From NCBI GenBank assembly GCA_045862955.1, contig BTVI01000014.1, forward strand, positions 12,992-76,991: 64,000 nucleotides of DNA, read 5' to 3'. Both the position numbers and the translations under genes were made by a program. This DNA comes from Fimbriimonadales bacterium. GTDB taxonomy: Bacteria; Armatimonadota; Fimbriimonadia; Fimbriimonadales; JABRVX01. The notes beneath the pieces were generated by a model that was given only the letters and a program-made list of their open reading frames with translations, did no database searches and was not told where the DNA came from. Of this stretch, positions 26,135-36,292 are shown piece after piece (the stretch's first letter is position 1; each line of letters opens with the position of its first letter).

Positions 26135-27853
26135 TTACGGATCGCCGTGGTCCCCGAAGCCGACGAGGACGATGTTTAGGTCGCTGATACCTTCTACGCC
26201 ATCCTCATCCACGTCTGCTAGCGCATCCTGCCGACCGAACAGGTTGAGTATGCGGTTCAGGTCGAGGAGGTCCACGCCATTGTCAGGATTCGCATCCCCG
26301 TTCGGCAAGACCATCTCTACGTTTTGTACATCGCCGCCAGAGGTGTCTACCGTGACCGTTCGGCGCAGCCAGTGCGTGTGCTTCGCAGACAGCGTGCAAG
26401 TCATCGTGCCTGCTGGTACCGTGAGCGAAAACGACCCCGAAGGGCTCAGACTCACCATCTGATAGGAAGGGCTTCCTCCGTCTAGTGCAACGCGCATCTC
26501 TACAGGGCTCGGAATCGGTGCTTGCGGTGATAGGTGCATGAAGCGCACGGTACCCGATATCACGACCTCCGGCGTACCATCAGTGCGCGTAACAAAGACG
26601 TCCGATTGACCGTTGGTATCGTTCTCCACCAGGTTGGAAGCGAGACTCTCGAAGACGACGGTTCGTCCGTTCACACTGACTGCAGGCGCAGCGCTATCAT
26701 CGTTACCAGGCAAGCCGGCTGACGACGCAGTTAGCAGCCGAGTAGTGCCGTTCGCTCGATCGTGCAGGAACACATCCTGGCGCGCGTTGTCGTCCCCGGG
26801 CGCCAGGTTCGAAGCAGTGCTCGCAAACGCCACGTATCTCCCATCGCCACTCACCGAAGCAGCGAGGCTCCCACTGTTCCCCTGTTCAGCAGACGAGGAC
26901 ACCGACGCGAGATGAGTGGTCCCGGTAACCCGCTCTCGAACGAACACGTCCTGCACGCCGTTGGTATCACCTTCCGTCAGCGTCCAAGCATCGCTCTGGA
27001 AGACGACTGTGCTGCCGTCCGCGCTAATGGAGGCGTTCAAGCTGTCTCGGTTGCCTTCCACACCGCTGGAAGAGACACTAGCTCGCTCCGTTGTTCCGAG
27101 CAGCCGGTCGCGCACGAACACGTCAACCGCGCTGTTAGTATCATCGGACACCAGGTTGGTGGCATAACTGTGAAAGGCAACGAATCGACCGTCTGCGCTG
27201 ATAGAAGGACGCATACTGCCACGGTTGGCTTGCCAGCCATCGGACCTCACGCTGATCCTCTCGGTAGTACCAGTCAGCCGGTCCCGCACGTACACGTCGT
27301 GCCTGTCGTTCGTGTCACCTGTGACGAGGTTGGTGGCAGCGCTATCGAATGCGACGTATCTTCCATCCGAGCTAATAGTGGGGAAGTCGCTGTCTCCGTT
27401 AGCCTGCGCGCCCGCGCTCGAGACGCTGACACGCTCGGTAGTCCCGAGCAAGCGGTCGCGTACGAAGATGTCGCGGAGCCCGTTGCTATCGCCTGCTACC
27501 AGATTGGAGGCAGAGCTGCGGAATGCCACGTAGCGTCCGTCGGCGCTGATGGCGGGGTAGTCGCAAGCGCCGCTTGCCTGCACCCCGCTCGAGGAGACGC
27601 TGACACGTTCCGTCGTCCCTGCCACCGTGTCTCTCACGAAGACGTCACTCTTCCCGTTGGTGTCGTCCGGTACCAGATTCCATGCGCTACTGTGGAAAGC
27701 GATGAATCGCCCGTCGCCGCTGACCGAGGCGTACGCACTGGGCCCGTTGCCCTCCACACCCGACGAGGAGACGGATGCTCGCTCGGTCACCCACGGCTGA
27801 GGGTAGGCCACAGCTGCCACGAAGACGACGGAGAGAAACGCGCGCCGAGCCGT
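26135..27853 (-). CDS. Secreted TolB/PD40-like beta-propeller repeat protein with C-terminal Ig-like and dockerin-like module
   Basis: About seven repeats of ISADGRYVAFxSxAxNLVxGDTNxxxDVFVRDR..GTTERVSVSSSG; C-terminal NGDANPDNGVDLLDL..ADVDEDGVEGISDL. First canonical start is the GTG at 27820. Confidence 0.87.
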   Translation of the reverse strand, partial: TARRAFLSVVFVAAVAYPQPWVTERASVSSSGVEGNGPSAYASVSGDGRFIAFHSSAWNLVPDDTNGKSDVFVRDTVAGTTERVSVSSSGVQASGACDYPAISADGRYVAFRSSASNLVAGDSNGLRDIFVRDRLLGTTERVSVSSAGAQANGDSDFPTISSDGRYVAFDSAATNLVTGDTNDRHDVYVRDRLTGTTERISVRSDGWQANRGSMRPSISADGRFVAFHSYATNLVSDDTNSAVDVFVRDRLLGTTERASVSSSGVEGNRDSLNASISADGSTVVFQSDAWTLTEGDTNGVQDVFVRERVTGTTHLASVSSSAEQGNSGSLAASVSGDGRYVAFASTASNLAPGDDNARQDVFLHDRANGTTRLLTASSAGLPGNDDSAAPAVSVNGRTVVFESLASNLVENDTNGQSDVFVTRTDGTPEVVISGTVRFMHLSPQAPIPSPVEMRVALDGGSPSYQMVSLSPSGSFSLTVPAGTMTCTLSAKHTHWLRRTVTVDTSGGDVQNVEMVLPNGDANPDNGVDLLDLNRILNLFGRQDALADVDEDGVEGISDLNIVLVGFGDHGDP

Positions 27854-27984
27854 CTGGCACTCCTTTCCACACCACGGGGTGCCGCCGAGATGGATACCAT
27901 TCTATCACGGCTTCGGATGAGGCCGAAGAGGTCCAGACCCCTCGAGCAGTGGGGTCCCATCAGGGGTAAGATCAGTGCCGGCGA

Positions 27985-28062
27985 CGGGGCGTAGCGCAGT
28001 TTGGTTAGCGCGTCGGCTTTGGGAGCCGAAGGTCGTGAGTTCGAGTCTCACCGCCCCGACCA
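27985..28062 (+). tRNA. tRNA-Pro (anticodon UGG)
   Basis: Acceptor CGGGGCG/CGCCCCG-A-CCA, D arm GCGC/GCGC, anticodon stem TCGGC/GCCGA with loop TT-TGG-GA, T loop TTCGAGT. Confidence 0.97.
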
Positions 28063-28071
28063 GTCTCTACG

Positions 28072-29007
28072 CTACTTCCCGCTCTTCCACGCCTTCTGCA
28101 GAGTAACGGCGTCCCCCACCTTGGGAGCATCTCCAGACGCCACGATGCAGATCGAGTAGCGGGGTCGAAGCTCCTTCACCCGAAGCGTTCCGGCCTCGGC
28201 CCTCTCCATGCCCAGCACCTCGCCGGTTTCCGGATCGCGCACGACCTTCGTCGTCCGCACCACGGCGAGCGTGTCGCCGACGGCTAGTCCGTCGGACTCG
28301 CCAGCGTTCACGAACACCTGGCCCTCGTCTACGTCAATCACTCGCGCAGACCACGGAAGGTCGGCGATCTCGCCCGTCAAATTCTTGACGGCGCCTTCGA
28401 TGGCTTTCGTCGTGGCGCGACCTAGCGGGCTCGCGTTGAATACCTCCACGTTGGACAGGACCGCACTCACGCTCGCATCGAAGCCCACTGAGCCCGCGGT
28501 GGCCCGCCCGTCCCCATCCTTCGAAGCGACGACTTCGCTCGTGAAGGGGTCAATGGCCCGAAGATTCACGCGGCAGAAGCCTTCGGCCACGCGCCCGCGC
28601 ACCTTGCCGACGCCGCTCACATCGATGCCGACCCCTGCGCCACGCTCGCTGAACGTGAACTCCGTGATTACAGCCTTGATTAAGAGCTGCGCCGGTTGAA
28701 TCGGGAGCCGGTCGCGGTCCTTGCCGGCCTCCGCAGCGATGCCGCGCTCCTGGCGAATCTCGTCCAGAATCTGCCGCTCCAGCACGATGAAGCGCCCCGT
28801 CTTGTTCAGCTCGTCGCTAATCTTCTCGACTAGTCCAGCACGGAACTCGGCGGGCATCTGATACGAGCCGAAGTTGTACGTGTTGGGCCGAAACTCTATG
28901 TCTATGACGGCGACGCGTATCTTGGGCCCGGGCGACACCTTGCCCAGTCCCTGAGCCCACGCGCCGACCAGCAGTGCCAGGGCGGCGACTACCACGGCAA
29001 CACGCAT
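28072..29007 (-). CDS. CsgG/HfaB-family protein with FlgT-like C-terminal domain
   Basis: KIRVAVIDIE, TGRFIVLERQILDEIRQE, ITEF, VFVNAGESDGLAVGD, DPETGEVLG. Confidence 0.8.
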   Translation of the reverse strand: MRVAVVVAALALLVGAWAQGLGKVSPGPKIRVAVIDIEFRPNTYNFGSYQMPAEFRAGLVEKISDELNKTGRFIVLERQILDEIRQERGIAAEAGKDRDRLPIQPAQLLIKAVITEFTFSERGAGVGIDVSGVGKVRGRVAEGFCRVNLRAIDPFTSEVVASKDGDGRATAGSVGFDASVSAVLSNVEVFNASPLGRATTKAIEGAVKNLTGEIADLPWSARVIDVDEGQVFVNAGESDGLAVGDTLAVVRTTKVVRDPETGEVLGMERAEAGTLRVKELRPRYSICIVASGDAPKVGDAVTLQKAWKSGK

Positions 29008-29097
29008 AGCGAACCTCCCGCCGCCGCAGACCGGCTCGCGGCGGCTCTCCCAATATTAGACGTCGGTTCCTGCTGGTCGTGTCAGTCCAGGGGCATC

Positions 29098-31056
29098 CTA
29101 GGGCACCAGCTCGACCACGATGTAGTCCAGGCCCATCATGTAGCGCTTGATCGCCTTCTCGTTGGCCCCCACGATTTCGGCTTCCAGGAAGTTCTCGCCG
29201 CGCTTCAGGTCCGCCACGCCGATCACTCGCTTCTCGTACACGATGCCGTCGTTGTAGAAGTCGACGGGCCCTCCCAACTTCTCACCGTTCACGTAGAACT
29301 GGATGATGCCGTAGTCCGCGGCTTTGCAGAAGTTTCCCACGATGGAGAACTGCGTGCTGGCCGGCGCCTCGAACACCAGCTTCAGCCTGTCGCCGGGCTT
29401 GCCGTCGCGCCACCACAGGTGCGCGTCGCCCGAGGCCACGTCCGCCATCCCTTGGCGTTCGTGAATGCCGCCGGTGCACTCCACCACGCGCAGGTTCTCG
29501 CCCTCGATGGCGCCGGGCACGCGAATGCGCTCCGGCACCGGCTGGATCACGAGATCATGGACCGATGCGGGCTGGAAGCCGTCCGTGCTGTCCTTCGTGG
29601 CATACCAATACACTGTCACCGCATAGTCCACCTGCGTCTGCTGCGAGTGCCACACCTCCATGTCGAACCGGAAGGACGTGGAGAACGGGTAGTCGTCCAA
29701 GATGTGGAAGCGGTTGACTAGAGTATGCCCCTTGTTGCCCGGCCCATCGCACCTCGGCTGGTTGTGGTACGGGTGGAAGAAGGGCGTCGGGTTGCACCAC
29801 GCATAGCCGTAGTAGTCCTCGCTTCCCGTGCCGAAGGTGCTCGGGAACGTCTCGCCGTCAACGTAGATCTTCTCGTCTCCCTCGCCCCACCATGGCGACA
29901 CCGGGTTCGTGACGTGCAGAGAGGTGCCGACGAACACGCCTTTGCCGGTTGCCGTCAGGTAGTTCCAGTCGCGCATCGGCCGAGTGGGCATCTTTTCCGT
30001 CCGCCATTTCGCGTGAAACAGCAGGCGGCTCGGGTCGGCCTTCCTAGGCTGAATCAGTGCACGTCCCTCGAAGCGGACGCGCTGGTCCGTGTTGTTGCTA
30101 ATGCGCAATCGGGCGCCGTGCTGGAAGGGCATGACCCACCTGCATATCATCTGGCCGTTCTCCTTCACCTGCAGCGGGAGGGAGTCGAACGGATTGATCC
30201 CGGGCGCCGTGCCGAAGAAGTCGCCGACGGGCGCCCAGATGGTCTCCTTGCCGTCGAAGACCCCAGTCAGCACGCATCCCCTCAGCGCCTTTTCCACGTC
30301 CTGCGCTTCGCACCTGAGGACGAAGGTTTCGATGTCGGCAGGTCCTTTTGCCTCGAAGATGGTGGCAGATCTACCGGGCTCGATAGTCACGCTGATCGGC
30401 ATCGGAGACCCGACTACAGGTGCCGCCTGCCCTGCATCCGCCAACTTCTTCTGGAGCTGGTGCTTCGCAACGGCTTGCTCCGCCTGCGCCATCGTGAAAC
30501 TGCGCACCTGCGTGCCGGAAGGGTAGGTGCGGTAGTTGATGTGGTAGTAGACGTGCCTGACCGCCGGGTCCTCGGAGAGAGTTACTTTGCAGTGCCGAGA
30601 GTAGGGGATGGGGAAGTAGAGGTTCCAGCCAGACGAACGGACGTGCGCAATGGGGTCGAGAAATGGTTCGGTCTTGCCCTCCAGGAGGTCTGCCAACTTC
30701 ATCTCTATGGTGGGCTTGTCCGAGTTGTCCAAATAGAACCGTACCGTGCCCGCAGGGTTCGCGGACCAGATGCGCACGATAACACCCGGCCCCGCGGCAT
30801 CCATCATCACCCACTCTTCGCGGTCACCTACCTTCTCGCTGCGAATGTACTGCCCGGCGTCGCCGTTGGCGAACCAATCCTCGGTGGGCGATTTCGCGGC
30901 TCTGTCATAGCTGCTCGCCTGCCGCGTGACGTAGGGGGGATTCGGGAAGCGAGTCAGGCGGCCGAGGGACGTCATGTCCTCGATCAGCCGGTCAATCGTG
31001 ATCGGGCCGGACGCCTGGGTGATTGCTACGAGCGATGTTGTGATGAGCAGGTACAT
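29098..31056 (-). CDS. DUF2961 / glycoside hydrolase family 172-like secreted protein
   Basis: QASSYDR, GPGVIVRIWS, APVGDFFG, WWGEGDEKIYVDGE, GTGSEDYYGYAW; C-terminal CBM-like domain. Confidence 0.88.
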   Translation of the reverse strand: MYLLITTSLVAITQASGPITIDRLIEDMTSLGRLTRFPNPPYVTRQASSYDRAAKSPTEDWFANGDAGQYIRSEKVGDREEWVMMDAAGPGVIVRIWSANPAGTVRFYLDNSDKPTIEMKLADLLEGKTEPFLDPIAHVRSSGWNLYFPIPYSRHCKVTLSEDPAVRHVYYHINYRTYPSGTQVRSFTMAQAEQAVAKHQLQKKLADAGQAAPVVGSPMPISVTIEPGRSATIFEAKGPADIETFVLRCEAQDVEKALRGCVLTGVFDGKETIWAPVGDFFGTAPGINPFDSLPLQVKENGQMICRWVMPFQHGARLRISNNTDQRVRFEGRALIQPRKADPSRLLFHAKWRTEKMPTRPMRDWNYLTATGKGVFVGTSLHVTNPVSPWWGEGDEKIYVDGETFPSTFGTGSEDYYGYAWCNPTPFFHPYHNQPRCDGPGNKGHTLVNRFHILDDYPFSTSFRFDMEVWHSQQTQVDYAVTVYWYATKDSTDGFQPASVHDLVIQPVPERIRVPGAIEGENLRVVECTGGIHERQGMADVASGDAHLWWRDGKPGDRLKLVFEAPASTQFSIVGNFCKAADYGIIQFYVNGEKLGGPVDFYNDGIVYEKRVIGVADLKRGENFLEAEIVGANEKAIKRYMMGLDYIVVELVP

Positions 31057-31127
31057 GGCGATTGGCTCCCTTCTGCGCTGAGCTGATGCTGGATTCCCGC
31101 CTTCGGGCCTCTTGAACAGGTGCATGA

Positions 31128-31712
31128 CTGCATCGGCACGGCGGTCCTGATTTCTGCCCCGGCGCGGCCCTTGGGTTGGCTTCATGCCCTCGGTGCTGGA
31201 AAGAGGGTGGGTCAGTGCGAGCGTGCCACCGCCCGGGACCGTCGTGCTGAGCCTGTCGAAGCATGCATCGGTGAGTGCCAGGGCCACCTAGTGAACTCGA
31301 AAACGTGCGGCCGGTGGTCCCATGCCTCGACAGGCTCAGCATGACGTGAGGCTCAGCATGACGTCGCCCGTGACCCATCTTCTGCCAATTGGCGGACGCG
31401 GTCCAGGGCATAGAGAACCTGCATCGGCACTGCGGTCCCGATGTATGCCCCGGCGCGGCCCTTGGGTCGGCTTCATGCCCTCGGTGCTGGAAAGAGGGTG
31501 GGTCAGTGAGAGCGTGCAGCCGCCCGGGACCGTCGTGCCGAGCCTGTCGAAGCATGCATCGGTGAGTGTCAGGGCCACCTAGTGAACTCGAAAACGTGCG
31601 GCCGGTGGTCCCATGCTTCGACAGGCTCAGCATGACGTGAGGCTCAGCATGACGTCGCCCGTGACCCATCCTCTGCCAATTGGCGCACGCGGTCCAGGGC
31701 ATAGGGAACCTG
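31128..31712. repeat. Direct duplication of a 291-bp composite palindromic unit
   Basis: CTGCATCGGCAC at 31128 and 31419. Each copy holds the inverted pair GTCGTGC(T/C)GAGCCTGTCGAAGCATG / CATGC(C/T)TCGACAGGCTCAGCATGAC. Confidence 0.93.
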
Positions 31713-31848
31713 TCATCGCAGTGAAACATTTGTCGCTCCCTCGAAGGCGGGAAACCGGGTTGTGCAGTCGTTCCTGTCCTCCCGCTTCGCGCCTCGTGCC
31801 CTAAGCTCCTGCCGCAGGTGCGCGTCAGAGGGCGTGGAACCGGGGGGC

Positions 31849-32553
31849 ATGCATGACCTAGCAGCCTTGAACGAAGAGATCGTCTCGTGCACTCGCTGTC
31901 CGCGGCTCATCGAGCACTGTCGCCGTGTTGCCGAGCTCAAACGAGCGGCGTACCGCGAGCACGTCTACTGGGGCCGACCGGTTCCCAACTTCGGTGACCC
32001 CGAAGCACGCGTACTTCTGGTGGGCCTCGCTCCGGGGGCTCACGGCGGCAACCGAACGGGCCGCATCTTCACAGGCGACCGGAGCGGCGACTTCCTGTTC
32101 CGAGCGCTGTTCGAGGCGGGCTTTGCCTCCCAGCCGGTATCGGTGAGCCGAGACGACGGGATGAAGCTGCAGGACGCCTACATTACGGCCGTCGCGCACT
32201 GCGCTCCACCCGCCAACAAGCCGAATCCGGAGGAGATACGCAACTGCCGACCCTTCTTTGCCCGCACCCTCGACCGCCTTCCGCGGCTGCGCGTCATCGT
32301 CGCCCTCGGCAAGACCGCCTACGACGCCTGCGTGCGGGAACTGGCGCGCCCCGGCGAGAGGGGGCTGCCGTTCTCTCACGGCGCGGAGGTTTTGCTAGGC
32401 GGCAAGTGGCTCCTTGCGTCCTACCACCCGAGCCAGCAGAACACTTTCACCGGCAAGCTCACGCCTCAGATGCTGTTGGACGTGCTGCTACGGGCTCGAG
32501 ATCTGGCGGAGGCTACTGGCTTTGCGCAGGTAGGTTCGGTGCCGTGCCGTTGA
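31849..32553 (+). CDS. udgB: Uracil-DNA glycosylase family 5 (UdgB-like, Fe-S)
   Basis: CTRCPRL, GLAPGAHGGNRTGRIFTGDRSG, HCAPPANKP, YHPSQQNT. Confidence 0.92.
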   Translation: MHDLAALNEEIVSCTRCPRLIEHCRRVAELKRAAYREHVYWGRPVPNFGDPEARVLLVGLAPGAHGGNRTGRIFTGDRSGDFLFRALFEAGFASQPVSVSRDDGMKLQDAYITAVAHCAPPANKPNPEEIRNCRPFFARTLDRLPRLRVIVALGKTAYDACVRELARPGERGLPFSHGAEVLLGGKWLLASYHPSQQNTFTGKLTPQMLLDVLLRARDLAEATGFAQVGSVPCR

Positions 32554-33727
32554 TCAGGTGCACCCGCTCCAACTCGAAGCGCATCAGGTTGCCCTCGCGG
32601 CTGATGCGGATGGGTACCTTGCTTCCGGGCGGTCCGTTCAGCAGATCTTCGAGCTGTTTGTGCGTGGCGACACGGAGATCCTTGCCGGCCACATCCAGGA
32701 TGATGTCGCCTTCCTTGATTCCCGCCTTGGCCGCAGGCGAGTCGGACTTGGTAGTGAAAACTACCCACCTGCCGCGGTCGGAATCGAAGTAGGCCTGCAA
32801 CCCTATCTCACCCGGTGGCGGAAGGAAACCTCCGTCCGTTATGCGCTCGAACCACAGGTGCCTGCGGCGGTAGTCCACCGTCACGTTGAAGTCCCGAATA
32901 AAGCGAATGCCAATCGTCCCGCCAGAAGTCACGTCCGCTGACGGCAGGTCGTGGATACTCCACACTGCGTGCTGGACGGGAATGCCCCCAATGCTGAAGT
33001 CGTGCGCCCACCAATCGAAGCTGTCCGTCGCGCCCGACGCGACCATCGTCTTGTGCATGTACTTCGGCTCATCATGCTCCGAGAAGCGACCGGCCTTAAT
33101 GAGGTCTTCCTTGTAACCGGCGACATAGAACGCGTTGCCAGTGTCGAAAGCCATAGCCTTTTTCAGGTTCCCGAAGCCGACCTCCAAGTTGATCACGTCC
33201 CGCCCGCTGGGAAGCATCTTCACCAGGAATGTCGTCGTCCCATCCGGCGTCCGCTTGGTGATGTCCACCTTGTCGCGAGGATGGAAGATCAGCTTCTTCT
33301 CTTTGAAGTTGAACTCGACGACATAGGGGTTGAGGGCTTGCAGGCCGAGGATGCCGTCACAGTGACGTCCGTAGGCGCGCCCTATATCTGCGACGTGCCA
33401 CTGAGGCACCTCGACCCCCTTGGTTGCCAGACTCATCTCCCCTACCAGAAGGCTCTTCACCTCCACCGTCGGCACCTCGAAGGAGCCGACGAAGTCAATC
33501 ATTCTCTGCGTGCCCGCCTTGGGGCCCACGTTGATGCGGTCCGACAGCAGCAGCACCCCGGAGAATCCGGTGTCCAGGAAGAAGGTCGCAGGCTTGCCGT
33601 TCACGGAACCCTTCACGAAGATGGCCTCGCCGTCGAAGTCTATCGGCACCTCGACGGCCTTGTCTAGCACCGGCAGCAGCGACTGTGTCGCCTGTAGCAG
33701 CGTGAGAGAGAGCAAACTAATCAGCAT
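32513..33727 (-). CDS. Secreted retropepsin-like aspartyl protease (two DTG lobes) with C-terminal PDZ domain
   Basis: FFLDTG, DGILG, AFDTG, GTIG; SPAAKAGIKEGDII (PDZ). Confidence 0.88.
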   Translation of the reverse strand: MLISLLSLTLLQATQSLLPVLDKAVEVPIDFDGEAIFVKGSVNGKPATFFLDTGFSGVLLLSDRINVGPKAGTQRMIDFVGSFEVPTVEVKSLLVGEMSLATKGVEVPQWHVADIGRAYGRHCDGILGLQALNPYVVEFNFKEKKLIFHPRDKVDITKRTPDGTTTFLVKMLPSGRDVINLEVGFGNLKKAMAFDTGNAFYVAGYKEDLIKAGRFSEHDEPKYMHKTMVASGATDSFDWWAHDFSIGGIPVQHAVWSIHDLPSADVTSGGTIGIRFIRDFNVTVDYRRRHLWFERITDGGFLPPPGEIGLQAYFDSDRGRWVVFTTKSDSPAAKAGIKEGDIILDVAGKDLRVATHKQLEDLLNGPPGSKVPIRISREGNLMRFELERVHLINGTAPNLPAQSQ

Positions 33728-33826
33728 CAACGGCCTTCCTCCGGACAATCGGCGTCGGGAGCGACGCACGCATCTGTGATGCGAGTGTATCCAATGGAAC
33801 TACGGATTGTGAGTCTCACGCCGCTC

Positions 33827-34810
33827 CTACTCCGCGCCGTCTGGGGCAACGGGCAGCTGGGAAGCCGCCGAGGCGATGATGACGATGAAGAACAGGCAGC
33901 TAAGCAACACGCTCACCCCCACTGCGACCCAGGCCCAGATCGCCCACAGCCGCTGTACCGCGAAAAAGTGATCCACGTCTCGAAACGGGCGAGCGCGCCA
34001 AGCCCACCGGTTGCCCGACGCCCCGAACCAGATGGCTGCTGCCAAGGAAGCCAAGCCGAGCAGTTGCGCGACGTTGGCTGCAATTGCATAAGGGGCCATT
34101 ATCCGCTCGACGTCTTCCTGGGGTAGGTCCGTGCCGACCGTCACTTGGTGCTCGACGATAGGCGGGATGACCCGCACCGCGATAACGCCATAGACGAGCA
34201 ACGACACGATGTGCGCGAGGAAGATGGCGATCCCGGCGACATACAGCCGGTGGCTGATTGCCCACAGCCCAGTCAGCCAGAACGCTCCCCAGTTCCACTT
34301 CTGTATCGTGGGGGGCTCTGCAGCGGCCGCCTCGGCGCTCGGCGCGGGCTCCATGACTGGCGGCAACGGCTCGGGCTCGGTGTCGGCGGGTGAAGGGGCG
34401 GGGTCCACCGCACCCGCAGGGCGTTCCGCGTCGGCGTACGACGGGGTCGCAGACCGCAGGTCTTCCAGCAGTTCCCGAAGCTGCGGCAGGTCGGGGTCGA
34501 GCAACTTTGCCTGCTCGGCAGCCTCTAACGCCTCGTCCACTAAGCCCATGCTGCGGAGCTGGGAAGCCAAGTTGAAGCGATGGCGAGCCTCGTTCGGTGC
34601 CAGCAAGACCGCGTGCTCGAATGCGGCGCGACTCTCCTCCCCACGCCCAAGCCGGTTCAGGGCTGCACCCCGAATAGCATGGGAGTCTGCGTTGTCGGGC
34701 TGCTCCCGGATGGCGAGGTCGATCACCTCGAGGGACTCGCCGTTGGCACCGTTCTGGAGCAATCTCTTTGCGCGAGCCTGTAGTTCCCGGATTCGGATCG
34801 CATCCTCCAT
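33827..34810 (-). CDS. TPR-repeat membrane protein with WNWGAF (DUF2628-like) domain
   Basis: N-terminal TPR helices, Pro/Ala linker, WNWGAFWLTGLWAISH, GNRWAW, hydrophobic helices. Confidence 0.75.
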   Translation of the reverse strand: MEDAIRIRELQARAKRLLQNGANGESLEVIDLAIREQPDNADSHAIRGAALNRLGRGEESRAAFEHAVLLAPNEARHRFNLASQLRSMGLVDEALEAAEQAKLLDPDLPQLRELLEDLRSATPSYADAERPAGAVDPAPSPADTEPEPLPPVMEPAPSAEAAAAEPPTIQKWNWGAFWLTGLWAISHRLYVAGIAIFLAHIVSLLVYGVIAVRVIPPIVEHQVTVGTDLPQEDVERIMAPYAIAANVAQLLGLASLAAAIWFGASGNRWAWRARPFRDVDHFFAVQRLWAIWAWVAVGVSVLLSCLFFIVIIASAASQLPVAPDGAE

Positions 34811-34939
34811 TACGACGTGAGGACTTCGCGTTAGCCCGGCGGCTCCCTGCATCGTGGAGCCTTGCAGGAATCCAACCGATGGGTGCGAACCAGAAGCCGG
34901 CACGACCGAGACGGTGGCCGACTACGGAGGGTTGGAAGA

Positions 34940-36103
34940 ATGAAGAAAGCGTGGGAGATGTGGTTGGGCGCGCTGGCGCTCTGTGCGCTCGGTGCGGGTT
35001 GTGGAGGGCCCGCGGAGAAGGCTGGCGAAGGCGATACCATCAAGGTCGGTCTGTTCACCAGCCTGACCGGGGACAGCGCGAACTGGGGGCAAGCAACAAA
35101 GGAAGCGGTCATGCTCGCGATTGACGAGGCGAACGCCGCGGGTGGCGTCCTCGGCAAGAAGATCGAGCTGCTGATCGAAGACGACATGAGCACACCGGAG
35201 CGCTCGAAGACGGTCTCCGAGAAGCTCGTGAACGAGTTCGGCGTGGTGGCTCTGCTTGGTGAAGTTGCCTCCGGCAACACCAAGATGGGTGCGGAGGTGG
35301 CCCAAAAGGCTGGCATCCCGCTGATCAGCTCGGCGTCCACACGCGTGGACTTGGCAGACATCGGCTCTTCCTTCAACCGCGTGTGTTACACGGACGACTT
35401 CCAAGGTGCCGCGTGCGCGCGCTTCGCACTGGACCGCGGTTGGAAGAACATCGCACTCCTGATCGACCGCAAGAACCCCTATGCCGAAGGGCTGGCCGAC
35501 AACTTCCGGGCCTACGCGAAGCGGAAGGGCGCGAACATCGTGATAGAGCAGTACTATCAGCGAGGCGATGCCGAGTTTCAGTCGCAGCTCGTGAAGATCA
35601 AGACCGCGAACCCCCAAGTAGTCTTCCTGCCCGGCTACCACACCGAGGTCGTGGCCATTGTTCGCCAAGCCCGCTCCATCGGGCTGGACGTGCCATTCCT
35701 AGGTGGGGATGGATGGGACAACCCGGAGCTGTTCCAGAATGCGGGCAAGGCCATCGTGGGCTGCTTCTTCTCCGACCACTTCACGCCGGACGACCCCAGG
35801 CCCGAGGCGCAGGCATTCGTGAAGGCTTATCAGGCCAAGTACGGTAGACGTCCCGAGGCTATCGCGGCGCTCGGATACGACTCCGCGCTGGTGCTTATAG
35901 ACGCCATCAAGCGGGCGGGCACGACGGAGCCCGAGGCGCTGAAGAAGGCCATCCGCGACACGGAGGGCTTCCGCGGCGCCACCGGCGTGATCTCGATTGA
36001 CGACAAGGGCAACGCGCGCAAGCCCATCGTGATGATCGAGATCCAACCGGACGGCGCATTCAAGGCGATCCAGAGCGTGGAGTGGTTCGATCCGAACGAG
36101 TAG
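34940..36103 (+). CDS. livK: Branched-chain amino acid ABC transporter substrate-binding lipoprotein (LivJ/K-like)
   Basis: Lipobox GAGC, IKVG..SLTG, NAAGGVLGKKIEL, DDFQG, GGDGWD, ALGYD. Confidence 0.92.
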   Translation: MKKAWEMWLGALALCALGAGCGGPAEKAGEGDTIKVGLFTSLTGDSANWGQATKEAVMLAIDEANAAGGVLGKKIELLIEDDMSTPERSKTVSEKLVNEFGVVALLGEVASGNTKMGAEVAQKAGIPLISSASTRVDLADIGSSFNRVCYTDDFQGAACARFALDRGWKNIALLIDRKNPYAEGLADNFRAYAKRKGANIVIEQYYQRGDAEFQSQLVKIKTANPQVVFLPGYHTEVVAIVRQARSIGLDVPFLGGDGWDNPELFQNAGKAIVGCFFSDHFTPDDPRPEAQAFVKAYQAKYGRRPEAIAALGYDSALVLIDAIKRAGTTEPEALKKAIRDTEGFRGATGVISIDDKGNARKPIVMIEIQPDGAFKAIQSVEWFDPNE

Positions 36104-36160
36104 TCCGCGCCGAGTGGCAGTCATTGCCGGGCAGGCGAAGGGAAGGGATGGACTGCGAAT

Positions 36161-36241
36161 GCCTCCGCCGCTTGCGGTCGGGCCTCGTTCCGAGTTGCCC
36201 GGTGCCCGCCGCGAGACTCATCCACCGCAAGTGGCGGAGGC
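36161..36241. repeat. Intergenic 18-bp inverted repeat between livK and livH
   Basis: GCCTCCGCCGCTTGCGGT (36161-36178) / ACCGCAAGTGGCGGAGGC (36224-36241). Confidence 0.75.
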
Positions 36242-36292
36242 GCGCGCTACGATCGGTTCGGCACGGGAGAGGTATGCTGATCAAACGACTTC

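Noticed and set aside
27985..28062. tRNA-anchored genomic island or prophage
   Set aside because: No integrase, and no duplicate of the tRNA 3' end was seen in the window.
31057..31287. N-terminal extension of the GH172-like ORF, and ORF 30992..31729
   Set aside because: Both are read through palindromic repeats. SD plus signal peptide point to ATG 31056.
32513..32553. 41-bp convergent overlap of UDG and the protease
   Set aside because: Short 3' overlaps are common in GC-rich genomes.
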